A DNA stretch of 63,966 bases, the filler included, from Sandaracinaceae bacterium (GTDB lineage Bacteria > Myxococcota_A > Polyangia > Polyangiales > JADJQN01), in NCBI GenBank assembly GCA_947483975.1. It is 3 parts of 3 records of this genome, joined end to end, with 100 filler letters (N's around TTAATTAATTAA, not from the genome) between each part and the next. Parts side by side here need not be neighbours in the genome. Positions count along the whole stretch, not along the records: positions 1 to 26,742 come from CANKOL010000027.1; 2 more parts are not named here. The stretch is one strand, 5' to 3'. The notes beneath the pieces are model-generated. The model saw nothing but the letters and a program-made list of their open reading frames with translations, made no database searches and was not told where the DNA came from. Below, piece after piece: positions 1 to 9,249 of the stretch. The translations under genes and the position numbers were made by a program. Positions within the stretch are counted from its first letter, which is position 1, and the number at the start of each line of letters is the position of its first letter.

Positions 1-1
1 A

Positions 2-445
2 GCCCGCGACAACCATCCGACCGTCGCCGCGCACCCCACGCCGACCGCACCGCCGCCCCGCGCGGCGCCCATCGCGGCAAGCCCGCGCCCGCCTGCGGCA
101 CCGCCTACGGTGCACGTGCAGGTCCACGTCGCGCCCGCCAACGCTGTGGTGACCTTCGACGGCATGCGCGTACGCGCCCCGTACGATGTGCACCTGACCC
201 GGAGCGCGACGACCCACCGCCTCGAGGCGTCGCTCCCGGGCTACACGACCGTCACGCAGAGCGTCGAGCTCTCGCGCGACCGTGTGCTCACGATCGCGCT
301 CCGGCCCACCGCGCCTGTGCGCCCTGCCCCCGTGGCGCACGCCGTGCCCCCGGTCCGCCCGACGCCCCCGGTGCGCCCGACGCCGCAAAACCGCCCGACC
401 AAGCGCGGCGGCGCTGGCTTCGTGACGGACAATCCCTTCGACTGA
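2..445 (+). CDS. C-terminal fragment of a Pro-rich, PEGA-like domain protein (probably the extracytoplasmic tail of a Ser/Thr kinase); 5' end outside window
   Basis: Frame open from position 2. Contains a PEGA-like beta segment (VHVAPANAVVTFDG...HRLEASLPGY), PPVRPT repeats and ends GFVTDNPFD, like the NPY tail of kinase 6265-7959. Confidence 0.6.
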   Translation, partial: ARDNHPTVAAHPTPTAPPPRAAPIAASPRPPAAPPTVHVQVHVAPANAVVTFDGMRVRAPYDVHLTRSATTHRLEASLPGYTTVTQSVELSRDRVLTIALRPTAPVRPAPVAHAVPPVRPTPPVRPTPQNRPTKRGGAGFVTDNPFD

Positions 446-549
446 AGCCGTCAGCGCGCGCAGTCGAAAGGGCGCGTTCGTCGACGTGCGCTCGTCGTCG
501 AGCACTCACGGTCGCCGTCCCCGCCGCACTCTGCTAGCGTCGCGCCCGC

Positions 550-1599
550 ATGGGCAAGCTCAGCTACCGGGACGCCGGCGTCGACATCGACGCCGGTGAC
601 GCGCTCGTCGACCGCATCAAGCCTCTCGCCGCGCGCACGCGCATCCCGGAGGTGCTCGCCGGCGTCGGCGGCTTCGCGGGGCTGTGCTCGCTGCCATCGG
701 GGCTAGTCGACCCGATCCTCGTCTCGGGGACCGACGGCGTCGGCACCAAGCTGAAGCTGGCGTTCCTCGCCGACGTGCACGACACCGTCGGCATCGACCT
801 CGTCGCGATGTGCGTCAACGACATCGTCACGTCGGGAGCGCGCCCGCTCTTCTTCCTCGACTACTTCGCGACGGGAAAGCTCGACCTCGACCGCGCGACG
901 GCGGTCATCAAGGGCATCGCGGCGGGCTGCGAGCAAGCGGGCTGCGCGCTCCTCGGAGGCGAGACGGCCGAGCTTCCCGGCTTCTACGCGGACGGGGAGT
1001 ACGACCTCGCCGGCTTCGCCGTCGGCGTCGTCGAGCGCGCGAAGATCCTCGACGGCAAGTCGGTGCGCGTCGGCGACGTCGTGCTCGGCGTCGCGTCGAG
1101 CGGCATTCACTCGAACGGCTACTCGCTCGTCCGAAAGGCGCTGCTCGAGCGCGCCGGACTCTCCCTCGACGCACACCTCGCCGAGCTCGGCGAGACGCTC
1201 GGTGCGGCCTTGCTGCGCCCGACGAAGATCTACGCGAAGTCCGTTCAAGCGGCCCTCGCCGCGGTGCCTGGAGCCGTCCACGCGCTCTCGCACATCACGG
1301 GCGGCGGGCTGCCGGGCAACGTGCCGCGCGTGCTGCCCGACGACCTCGGCATCTCCATCGACGCCAACGCCTGGGCGCGGCCGGCGATCTTCGACCTGGT
1401 ACAGCGCGCGGGCGACGTCGACGAGGACGAGATGCGCCGCACGTTCAACCTCGGGCTGGGGCTCGTGGGCGTCGTGGCGAAGGAGCACGCCGACGCGGTG
1501 CGCGCCGCGTTCGTGGCGGCGGGCGAGACGGTCAGCGTCATCGGGGAAGTGATCGCCACGCCGGGCGCCGAGTTCGAGGCGCGCGTCCGCTTCGCTTGA
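550..1599 (+). CDS. purM: Phosphoribosylformylglycinamidine cyclo-ligase (AIR synthetase)
   Basis: Motifs [50 protein letters not shown]. Confidence 0.97.
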   Translation: MGKLSYRDAGVDIDAGDALVDRIKPLAARTRIPEVLAGVGGFAGLCSLPSGLVDPILVSGTDGVGTKLKLAFLADVHDTVGIDLVAMCVNDIVTSGARPLFFLDYFATGKLDLDRATAVIKGIAAGCEQAGCALLGGETAELPGFYADGEYDLAGFAVGVVERAKILDGKSVRVGDVVLGVASSGIHSNGYSLVRKALLERAGLSLDAHLAELGETLGAALLRPTKIYAKSVQAALAAVPGAVHALSHITGGGLPGNVPRVLPDDLGISIDANAWARPAIFDLVQRAGDVDEDEMRRTFNLGLGLVGVVAKEHADAVRAAFVAAGETVSVIGEVIATPGAEFEARVRFA

Positions 1600-1607
1600 G
1601 GGCCACC

Positions 1608-2312
1608 GTGAGCGCACCCGACGGCGTGACGAAACCGGCGGCGCTCGACGTCGTCGTGCTGGCCTCCGGACGAGGCAGCAACCTGCGCTCGATCCTCGCG
1701 GCCTGCGACGCCGGCACCTGCGCCGCGCGAGTCGTCGCGGTCGTGTCCGACAAACCGGACGCCCCCGCGCTCACGCTCGCCCGCGAGCGCGGCATCGCCA
1801 CGGCCGTCGTCGAACTGCACGGCAAGGCAGATCGCCCTGCCTGGGACGAGCGCCTCGCCGCCGCGGTCGCCCGCTTCCTCGCGCCGAGCGAGCAGCCTGG
1901 GCTCGTCGTGCTCGCCGGCTTCATGCGCATCGTCGGCCCCTCGATGCTCGCGCAGTTCCCGCACCGCATCGTCAACGTACATCCCGCGCTCCTGCCCTCG
2001 TTCAAGGGCAGCGACGGGCCGGCGCAGGCGATCGCCGCCGGCGTGCGGCTCAGCGGCTGCACGGTGCACCTCGTCGACGCCGGGATCGACACCGGGCCCG
2101 TGCTCGCGCAAGCCGCCGTGCGCGTGATTCCCGGCGACGACGCCGCAGCGCTGCACGCGCGCATCCAGCGCGCCGAGCACGTCCTCCTCCCCGCGGTGCT
2201 CGACGCCGTCGCCCGCGGGGTGCTCGTGCTCGCTGCGGTGCCGCTGCACCTCGAGCTGCCGAGCGGCGAGCCGGGCGCCCTCGCCGCGCTCTACTCGCCC
2301 GCGCTCGCATGA
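1608..2312 (+). CDS. purN: Phosphoribosylglycinamide formyltransferase
   Basis: VLASGRGSNL, VLAGFMRI, NVHPALLPSFKG, GCTVHLVDAGIDTGP. GTG at 1608, just after the purM stop, chosen over the track start at 684. Confidence 0.93.
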   Translation: MSAPDGVTKPAALDVVVLASGRGSNLRSILAACDAGTCAARVVAVVSDKPDAPALTLARERGIATAVVELHGKADRPAWDERLAAAVARFLAPSEQPGLVVLAGFMRIVGPSMLAQFPHRIVNVHPALLPSFKGSDGPAQAIAAGVRLSGCTVHLVDAGIDTGPVLAQAAVRVIPGDDAAALHARIQRAEHVLLPAVLDAVARGVLVLAAVPLHLELPSGEPGALAALYSPALA

Positions 2313-3847
2313 ACGGAAACTACTACGACGTCGTCGTGCTCGGCACACAGCTCGGTCCGCTGCTCGCGGGCACGCTGCTCGCCAAGCGCGGCTTCCGCGT
2401 GCTCGTGCTCGGCCAAGAAGACTTGCCGCCGACCTACGACGCGGGCGAAGGCCTCACGCTGCCGCGGGCGCCGTTCTCCTTCACCGCGGCGGGCTCGCCC
2501 GTCGCGCGGCGCATCTTCGCGGAGCTCGCGCTCAACCAGCTCTTTCGTCGCCGGGCGCTCGCGATGGACCCCGTGTTCCAGGTCGCGTTGCCCCGGCACC
2601 GGCTCGATCTGCCGGAGAGCGACGCCGAGCTCGAGCGCGAGATCGAGCGGGAATTCCCGGAGGTTCGGCGCCCGGTCGAGGACTTCCATCGCGGCACCAA
2701 GCGCGCGAACGCCGAGCTCGATCGCCTGCTCGAGCGCGATCTCGTGTGGCCTCCGGAGACGTTCTTCGAGCGGCGCGAGTTCGCCCGCGCCTCGGCGCAG
2801 CTCTCGTTCGACAAGAGCGGCGGCGGGCGCGATCCCTTCGCCGAGCTGCGCGAAGAGCACCCGTTTCGCCTCGTCGTCCAGGCGCCCGCGCGCTTCCTCG
2901 ACGGGATGGACCCCGACTACCCGACGCAGCTGCGCCTGAGTCGCCTCTACGGCAGCGCCTTGCGGGGCTCCACAGTGCTCGAGGGCGGCGAGGCGGGGCT
3001 CCGGCAGATGCTCGTCGAGAAGCTGCGCACTCACTCTGGCGAGCTGCGGGAGCGAGACCGCGCCGACGCCGTGCTGCTGCGTCGCGGTGTCGCGGTCGGC
3101 GTGCGGCTCGCGAACTCCGGCGAAGAGATCGGCGCGTCGTTCGTCGCGTACGGCGGCGACGTCTCCGGGCTGCTGCGCCTCCTGCCCGATCGCCGCCCTT
3201 TCGAAGAGCTCTTCGAGCGCCTCGGTGAGCCGCAGGCGCGCTGGTTCCGCTACACGCTCAACCTCGTGCTCGCTGGCGATGGCGTGCCAGTCGGCATGGC
3301 CCGCGACGTCTACTTCATCCGCGACGCGCGGCGCCCGCTCTCGGCCGAGAACCTCCTGCACATCGAGGCGCACCCGCCGGACGCGTCCGGGCGGCGACTC
3401 CTTTGCGTCGAGACGCTGCTCCCGCGGCGCGGCATCGAGGACGTGCCCGGCTACATCGACGGCGTGCGTGAGCGCGTGTTCGCTTCACTCGGGGACCTCG
3501 TGCCGTTCCTCGGGCGCACCGTGCAGCTCATCGACTCGCCGCACGACGGGCGCCCCGTGCTCGATGTGCGGACCGGGCGCAGCCGCCCGGCGCCCGAGCC
3601 TTGGACGCGCGGACCTCAGACGATGCGCACCGTCTACGGCTACCCGGTAACCGGCACGCTCGGCTTGAGCGCGCTGCCCGTCCGCACGCCGGTGCGTCGC
3701 CTGCTCCTCTGCAGCGGACAAACCACGCCGGGGCTCGGCATGGAGGGGCATCTCCTCGCGGCGTGGAGCGCCGCCCGCATCGTGACGCGCGCCGACCGCC
3801 GGAAAGCGTGGATGCGTGGGCGACTCTGGACGAAGGTCGAGATCTGA
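2309..3847 (+). CDS. Phytoene-dehydrogenase-like FAD/NAD(P)-binding protein with degenerate dinucleotide motif
   Basis: N-terminal YDVVVLGTQLGPLLAGTLLAKRGFRVLVL Rossmann-like unit and C-terminal LLLCSGQTTPGLGMEG motif; 4-bp overlap with purN. Confidence 0.65.
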   Translation: MNGNYYDVVVLGTQLGPLLAGTLLAKRGFRVLVLGQEDLPPTYDAGEGLTLPRAPFSFTAAGSPVARRIFAELALNQLFRRRALAMDPVFQVALPRHRLDLPESDAELEREIEREFPEVRRPVEDFHRGTKRANAELDRLLERDLVWPPETFFERREFARASAQLSFDKSGGGRDPFAELREEHPFRLVVQAPARFLDGMDPDYPTQLRLSRLYGSALRGSTVLEGGEAGLRQMLVEKLRTHSGELRERDRADAVLLRRGVAVGVRLANSGEEIGASFVAYGGDVSGLLRLLPDRRPFEELFERLGEPQARWFRYTLNLVLAGDGVPVGMARDVYFIRDARRPLSAENLLHIEAHPPDASGRRLLCVETLLPRRGIEDVPGYIDGVRERVFASLGDLVPFLGRTVQLIDSPHDGRPVLDVRTGRSRPAPEPWTRGPQTMRTVYGYPVTGTLGLSALPVRTPVRRLLLCSGQTTPGLGMEGHLLAAWSAARIVTRADRRKAWMRGRLWTKVEI

Positions 3848-3874
3848 GCGCCGCGGATCGCGTATCCTCGCCGC

Positions 3875-4987
3875 ATGATGCAGCCTCCGCCGGAAGCCCC
3901 GCGAATCACGCTCCCGCAGCTCCTCCGCGTGATGATCGAGAAAGGCGCGTCCGACCTGCACATCACCGCAGGCGCGCCGCCCTCGCTGCGCATCGACGGC
4001 GCGCTCATCCCGATGAAGACGCCAGCGCTCAGCCCCATCGAGACGAAGGAGCTGTGCTACTCGGCCCTGACTGAAGAGCAGAAGGTCACCTTCGAGCGCA
4101 GCAACGAGCTCGACCTCTCCTTCGGCGTGAAGAACCTCTCGCGCTTTCGCGCCAACATCTTCATGCAGCGCGGCGCCGCCGCCGGTGCGTTCCGCGCGAT
4201 CCCCTACAAAATCATGGGATTCGACGAGCTCGGTCTGCCGCCGATCGTCGCCGCGCTCGCTGCGCTGCCGCGCGGCCTCGTGCTCGTCACCGGGCCCACG
4301 GGCTCAGGCAAGAGCACGACCCTCGCCTCGATGCTGGACAAGATCAACAGCGAGACGCGCCAGCACATCATGACGATCGAGGATCCGATCGAGTACATGC
4401 ACCACCACAAGCTCTCGGTGGTGAACCAGCGCGAGGTCGGCACCGACACGGCCAGCTTCAAGGACGCACTCAAGTACGTCCTGCGGCAGGACCCCGATGT
4501 CGTGCTCGTCGGCGAGATGCGCGACCTCGAGACGATCCAAGCGGCGCTCACCATCAGCGAGACGGGACACCTCGTGTTCGCGACGCTGCACACCAACGGC
4601 GCCATCGCGTCCATCAACCGCATCGTGGACGCCTTCCCGGCGCACCAGCAGGCGCAGATCCGCGCGCAGCTCTCGTTCGTGCTGCAAGGCGTCGTCTCGC
4701 AGCTGCTGTTGCCACGAGCCGATGGCCCCGGACGCGTCGCTTGCGTCGAGGTGATGGTCCCGAACCCCGCCATCCGGAACCTGATCCGCGAGGACAAGGT
4801 GCATCAGGTCTACAGCGTCATGCAGACGGGCCAGGGGACCTCCGGCATGCAGACGATGAACCAGTCGCTGCACTCGCTGCTGCAGCAGCGGCTGATCACC
4901 ATGGAAGAGGCGGAGCTGCGGTCGCCCGATCCGGTGGAGCTTCGCTCGATGGTGGAGCATGGCGTCGGCTCACGGCGCCCGCGCTGA
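3875..4987 (+). CDS. pilT: Type IV pilus retraction ATPase PilT
   Basis: GASDLHI, Walker A GPTGSGKSTT, TIEDPIE, LRQDPDVVLVGEMRD, TGHLVFATLHT and the AIRNLIRE signature. Confidence 0.96.
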   Translation: MMQPPPEAPRITLPQLLRVMIEKGASDLHITAGAPPSLRIDGALIPMKTPALSPIETKELCYSALTEEQKVTFERSNELDLSFGVKNLSRFRANIFMQRGAAAGAFRAIPYKIMGFDELGLPPIVAALAALPRGLVLVTGPTGSGKSTTLASMLDKINSETRQHIMTIEDPIEYMHHHKLSVVNQREVGTDTASFKDALKYVLRQDPDVVLVGEMRDLETIQAALTISETGHLVFATLHTNGAIASINRIVDAFPAHQQAQIRAQLSFVLQGVVSQLLLPRADGPGRVACVEVMVPNPAIRNLIREDKVHQVYSVMQTGQGTSGMQTMNQSLHSLLQQRLITMEEAELRSPDPVELRSMVEHGVGSRRPR

Positions 4988-5018
4988 CCCCATCGGCCGA
5001 CGAACCGACGGACGCCGC

Positions 5019-5039
5019 GCCGCGATGACGCATCGCGGC
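5019..5039 (+). terminator. Hairpin downstream of pilT (terminator or operator)
   Basis: GCCGCGATG-ACG-CATCGCGGC, perfect 9-bp stem, no U-tract. Confidence 0.35.
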
Positions 5040-5082
5040 ATCGCGCGGTCGAGTTCCCAACGGCCCAAGCCCGCCACATGGC

Positions 5083-5112
5083 TTGACGTCAGAGCGTGGC
5101 CACCGTCATGAT
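5083..5112 (+). promoter_or_regulatory. Putative sigma70-type promoter of the TPR-like/kinase pair
   Basis: TTGACG-18 nt-CATGAT; implies the true start is downstream (e.g. in-frame TTG at 5129). Confidence 0.35.
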
Positions 5113-6265
5113 TCGAAGCGGGATTCGGTTGACGAAAACACGCGCGCCACTACCCACCTCACCCGCTCCGGCCCATTCGCGCGCCGGGCGCTTCGTCGCG
5201 CGCTTTTCGGGCGTCCTGTGGGCCGCGACACTGTTCGCGACGACGCTCGCGGCGACGAGCGGCGCGAACGCGCAGCAGACCGAGCCTGCCGTCCCCTCGG
5301 ACGCGCCGACGGCCACGGCTGAGCCGAGCGCGCAACAGCGGCAAGCGGCGGCAGAGGCCTACGATCGCGGGACGGCTGCGTACCTGGCGCGCGACTACGT
5401 CAACGCAGCGCGCTGGTTCGAGACCGCGCACCGCATGGCGCCGGCCGCTCCCGCGCTGCTCCAGGCCGTGCGCGCCAATCAGCGCGGCGGCAACACCTTG
5501 CGCGCGTCCAACCTCGCGCTCCGCCTACAGACGCAATACCCGCGCGAGCGGCAAGCGCTGCGCGTCGCCGACCCGCTCGTCAGCGCGGCGAACCGGGCCT
5601 TCCTCCGCGTCGACGTGACGTGCGCGGGCTGCACCGTGGATCTCGACGGAACGCTGCAGGAGTGGACGTCCTTCTACCTCGAGCCAGGCGCGGACCACGT
5701 CGTCGGGGCGCACTTCGAGACCGGCGACGCGGAAGCGCAGCACGTCAACGGCGCAGCGGGAGCGCAGCAAGCGCTGACCTTCACGGCGCCCCCGCCGCCG
5801 CCTGAGCCCGTCGCGGTCGTCGAGCCGCGCCACGGCTGGCCGGCGAATGCGCTCCGGCACCACGACGGCACCGCGACGGACGACGACCCCGGCGCGGCAG
5901 GCGAGAGCGGCGGCACCCACGGCGCGCGCGCGGGTGCCAGTGGGCTATCGCCGATCATCTTCCTCGCGAGCGCTGCGGCGACCGTCGTGGCGGGCGGCGT
6001 GCTCATCTGGTCGGGCGTCGACACGACGGCGGGAGTCGCTGACTACGAAGCGAACCCGACGCAGGCAGCGCTCGACGCCGGGCAGAGCAAAGAGCTTCGT
6101 ACGAACATCCTCATCGCCGCGACCGGCGTGCTCGGCGCCACCACGTTGGTCTTCGCGCTCCTGACCAACTGGAGCGGTCAGCAGGAAGCGGCCCCGCCCG
6201 CGGTGGAGGCGACCATCACCCCTGTCGCCGGCGGCGCGGTCGGAGTGCTCGGAGGGCGCTTCTGA
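5096..6265 (+). CDS. Exported TPR-like protein with C-terminal hydrophobic segments and beta-hairpin ending in Phe
   Basis: Signal-like segment ending ANA-Q; TPR-like helices (AAEAYDRGTAAYLARDYVNAARWFETAHRM); two hydrophobic stretches; ends GAVGVLGGRF; TGATG overlap with the kinase. Start uncertain. Confidence 0.65.
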   Translation: MATVMIRSGIRLTKTRAPLPTSPAPAHSRAGRFVARFSGVLWAATLFATTLAATSGANAQQTEPAVPSDAPTATAEPSAQQRQAAAEAYDRGTAAYLARDYVNAARWFETAHRMAPAAPALLQAVRANQRGGNTLRASNLALRLQTQYPRERQALRVADPLVSAANRAFLRVDVTCAGCTVDLDGTLQEWTSFYLEPGADHVVGAHFETGDAEAQHVNGAAGAQQALTFTAPPPPPEPVAVVEPRHGWPANALRHHDGTATDDDPGAAGESGGTHGARAGASGLSPIIFLASAAATVVAGGVLIWSGVDTTAGVADYEANPTQAALDAGQSKELRTNILIAATGVLGATTLVFALLTNWSGQQEAAPPAVEATITPVAGGAVGVLGGRF

Positions 6266-7959
6266 TGGCCGGAACTGCGCCTGCAACGCCCGCCAGCCTC
6301 GGCGCGGTGCCGAGCCTCGCGGGTCGGCGCCTCGGCAGGTATCAGGTCCTCGCGCAGCTCGCCGCGGGCGGCATGGCCGGCGTCTACGTCGGACGCGCGC
6401 TCGCCGTCGCGGGCTTCGAGCGGCTGGTCGCGCTGAAGGTGCTGCACCCGCACCTCGCGCACGAAGAAGAGTTCATCTCGATGTTCCTCGACGAGGCTCG
6501 CCTCGCCGCGCGCATCCATCATCCGAACGTCGTCGCGACCCTCGACATCAGCGACACCGAGGGAGACGGCTTCTTCCTCGTGATGGACTACATCGAGGGC
6601 CATCACTTCGGCGCGCTGCTGCAACAAGCGGCGAAGGACGGCCTCCGCGTGCCGCCGCCCGTCGTGCTCCGCGTCGTGCTCGATGCGCTCGCGGGGCTCG
6701 CCGCGGCCCACAACCTCGTCGATGAACACGGCGTCCCGCTGCAGCTCGTTCACCGAGACGTCAGCCCGCACAACATCATGGTCGGCACCGACGGCATCGG
6801 TCGACTGACCGACTTCGGCGTCGCCAAGGCCGAGGTGCGCCTGACCTCGACGCGCGAGGGCCAGTTCAAGGGCAAGCTCGCGTACATGGCACCCGAGCAC
6901 GCCTCGACGGGCTCGACCGATCAGCGCTCCGACCTCTTCGCGATGGGCATCATCCTCTGGGAGGGGCTCACCGGGCGGCGCCTGTTCCGGGCGGATACGA
7001 ACGCGCAGACGCTCAACAAGATCCTCATCGAGCCGATCCCCGGCGCCTCGGAAGCCCGCCCTGAGCTCGCGCCATTCGACGCGATCTGCGCGCGCGCGCT
7101 CGAGCGCGATCCCGCGCAGCGCTTCCAGAGCGCGGACGAGTTCGCTGAGGCGCTCGAGGCCGTCGCGCGCTCCGTGGACGGCATCGCCTCGGCGCGGCAG
7201 GTCGGCGAGGTCGTGCGCAGGCTGGCCGCTGAGAAGCTCTCGCGAGACCGAGCGCGCATCCAAGAGGCGATCCGCGGCCTCAGCACCGGCGAGGGTGCGA
7301 TGGCCGCCTCGCTTCCGGCGCCGCGTCACTCGTCGGAGCCGTCGATCCCGTCGATGCCGTCGCGGAGTCGCAGCATGCCCCTCGGTGCCTGGGCCGGGGC
7401 GAGCGGGACGAACGCCACGGCGACCGCCTCTCTGCCTGGAGTGCCGCAGCCGGGCGCGCTCGGCCCGGCGCCCGGCTCGATGCCCGATGGCGCTGCGCCC
7501 GTCGCGGTCGGTATCGCGGCGGCTCCGCATGCCCCGGCACCCGCGACGCGGAGCCCGAAGGTCATGGTGGGCGCGGTCCTCGCTGCGCTGCTGCTCATCG
7601 GACTCCTCGGTGCCGGTGCGTTCTACGCGAGCCGTACGCCGTCGACGACGACCGCGTTCGTGGCGTCGCCTCCGGCGGCGGTCGCGGCTCCGGTCGGGCC
7701 TCCCCCAGCCGCAGCCCAGCCGACGGCCGTACCCGCCGCGCCGCTCGCGCCCGCTGTGGGGCTTCCCACCGCGCTCGGCGCCACCCCGGAGGTCCCCGCT
7801 GCGGACGTCCCGGCGACGACGCCCCCCGACCCCGCGGGCGATACGCCCGACCACCCGCGTCACCACCATGGCCGCACTCCCCGAGGCGCAGACGGGACGA
7901 CGACGCCCCCCGCAGGCTCGGAGGACGACGACCTCATGAACAACCCGTACCGGCGCTGA
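6265..7959 (+). CDS. Membrane-anchored Hanks-type Ser/Thr protein kinase
   Basis: LAAGGMAGVY, VALK, HRDVSPHN, DFG, GKLAYMAPE, DLFAMG; TM helix; Pro-rich tail ending DDDLMNNPYRR. Confidence 0.95.
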   Translation: MAGTAPATPASLGAVPSLAGRRLGRYQVLAQLAAGGMAGVYVGRALAVAGFERLVALKVLHPHLAHEEEFISMFLDEARLAARIHHPNVVATLDISDTEGDGFFLVMDYIEGHHFGALLQQAAKDGLRVPPPVVLRVVLDALAGLAAAHNLVDEHGVPLQLVHRDVSPHNIMVGTDGIGRLTDFGVAKAEVRLTSTREGQFKGKLAYMAPEHASTGSTDQRSDLFAMGIILWEGLTGRRLFRADTNAQTLNKILIEPIPGASEARPELAPFDAICARALERDPAQRFQSADEFAEALEAVARSVDGIASARQVGEVVRRLAAEKLSRDRARIQEAIRGLSTGEGAMAASLPAPRHSSEPSIPSMPSRSRSMPLGAWAGASGTNATATASLPGVPQPGALGPAPGSMPDGAAPVAVGIAAAPHAPAPATRSPKVMVGAVLAALLLIGLLGAGAFYASRTPSTTTAFVASPPAAVAAPVGPPPAAAQPTAVPAAPLAPAVGLPTALGATPEVPAADVPATTPPDPAGDTPDHPRHHHGRTPRGADGTTTPPAGSEDDDLMNNPYRR

Positions 7960-7991
7960 GCGCTTGGCCGCCGCTGCAGCCGGCGCGACTT

Positions 7992-8021
7992 TTGACCGTA
8001 GCGATGCGCATCGCGTACACT
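7992..8021 (+). promoter_or_regulatory. Putative sigma70 promoter of pilC with palindrome in the spacer
   Basis: TTGACC(7992-7997)-18 nt-TACACT(8016-8021); spacer holds the perfect palindrome GCGATGCGCATCGC (8001-8014); SD-like GAGGT before ATG 8037. Confidence 0.5.
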
Positions 8022-8036
8022 CGCGCCTGAGGTGTC

Positions 8037-9248
8037 ATGGCTGAGTTTGCCTGGGAAGCGCGCGGCCGGGCCGGCGAAGTAAAGAAGGGCGTGATGGAGG
8101 CCGAGACGGCCGACGTCGTGCAAACGCGCCTCCGCGCCCAGAATCTCAACCCGGTCAAGGTCAAGAAGAAGGGCAAGGCGCTGAACATCACGTTCGGCTC
8201 CCCCGTCAGCGAGAAGGAGCTCGTCATCTTCGTGCGGCAGTTCGCCACGATGATCGACGCCGGCTTGCCGCTCGTGCAGTGCCTCGAGATCCTCGCCGCC
8301 CAGGGCGACAACAAAGAGTTCAACGCGATCATCCGGGACATCAAGGCCACCGTCGAAGAGGGCGCGACCTTCTCTGACGCGCTGCGCAGACACCCGAAGA
8401 TCTTCGACGATCTCTTCACCAACCTCGTCCAGGCCGGCGAGATGGGCGGCATCCTCGACACGATCCTCAATCGTCTCGCGGTCTACATCGAGAAGAACGT
8501 CAAGCTGAAGCGCCAGGTGAAGGGCGCGCTCGTCTATCCGGCGGGCGTCGGCATCATCGCCGGTGGCGTCCTGATCATCCTGCTCGTCTGGGTCATCCCG
8601 ACCTTCGAGGCGATGTTCAAGGACTTCGGCGGCGACGCAGAGCTCCCCGGGCCGACGGCGTTCGTCATCGCGCTCAGCCGAGGCTTCGTCACCTGGCTGC
8701 CGGCGATCATCCTCGCGATCATCGGCGGCGCGACCGCGTTCACGTACACGTACCGCCGACCCAAGGGCAAAGAGTTCTTCCACCGCCTCTTGCTCACGCT
8801 CCCGATCATCGGCCCGGTCATGCGAAAGATCGCCGTCGCGCGGTTCACTCGCACGCTCGGAACGCTGCTCTCGTCGGGTGTGCCGATCCTCGACGCGCTC
8901 AACGTCGTCGCGAAGGCCAGCGGCAACGTCGTGATCGAGAAGGCGATCGTCAACACGGCGGACAAGATCCGTGAGGGACGGACGATGGCCGAGCCGCTCC
9001 TCGAGACGAAGGTCTTCCCTGCGATGGTCGTGCAGATGATCGGCGTCGGTGAGCAGACCGGCGCGCTCGATCAGATGCTGAACAAGATCGCAGACTTCTA
9101 CGAAGAAGAGGTCGACGTGGCCGTCTCGGCCCTCACGTCGCTGCTCGAGCCGATCATGATGGTCGTCATCGGCGGCATGGTCGGCTTCATGCTCATCGCG
9201 ATGTACCTGCCGATCTTCGGCATCGCCGGCAAGATCAAGGCTGAGTAA
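8037..9248 (+). CDS. pilC: Type IV pilus inner-membrane platform protein PilC (T2SS F family)
   Basis: RQFATMIDAGLPLVQCLEIL, AGEMGGILD, ARFTRTLGTLLSSGVPIL, GEQTGALDQML, AMYLPIF. Confidence 0.96.
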   Translation: MAEFAWEARGRAGEVKKGVMEAETADVVQTRLRAQNLNPVKVKKKGKALNITFGSPVSEKELVIFVRQFATMIDAGLPLVQCLEILAAQGDNKEFNAIIRDIKATVEEGATFSDALRRHPKIFDDLFTNLVQAGEMGGILDTILNRLAVYIEKNVKLKRQVKGALVYPAGVGIIAGGVLIILLVWVIPTFEAMFKDFGGDAELPGPTAFVIALSRGFVTWLPAIILAIIGGATAFTYTYRRPKGKEFFHRLLLTLPIIGPVMRKIAVARFTRTLGTLLSSGVPILDALNVVAKASGNVVIEKAIVNTADKIREGRTMAEPLLETKVFPAMVVQMIGVGEQTGALDQMLNKIADFYEEEVDVAVSALTSLLEPIMMVVIGGMVGFMLIAMYLPIFGIAGKIKAE

Positions 9249-9249
9249 C

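Noticed and set aside
684..1607. 542-aa ORF suggesting a PurM-overlapping extension or frameshift fusion of PurN
   Set aside because: The extension is Arg-rich off-frame read-through of purM; PurN homology begins near GTG 1608.
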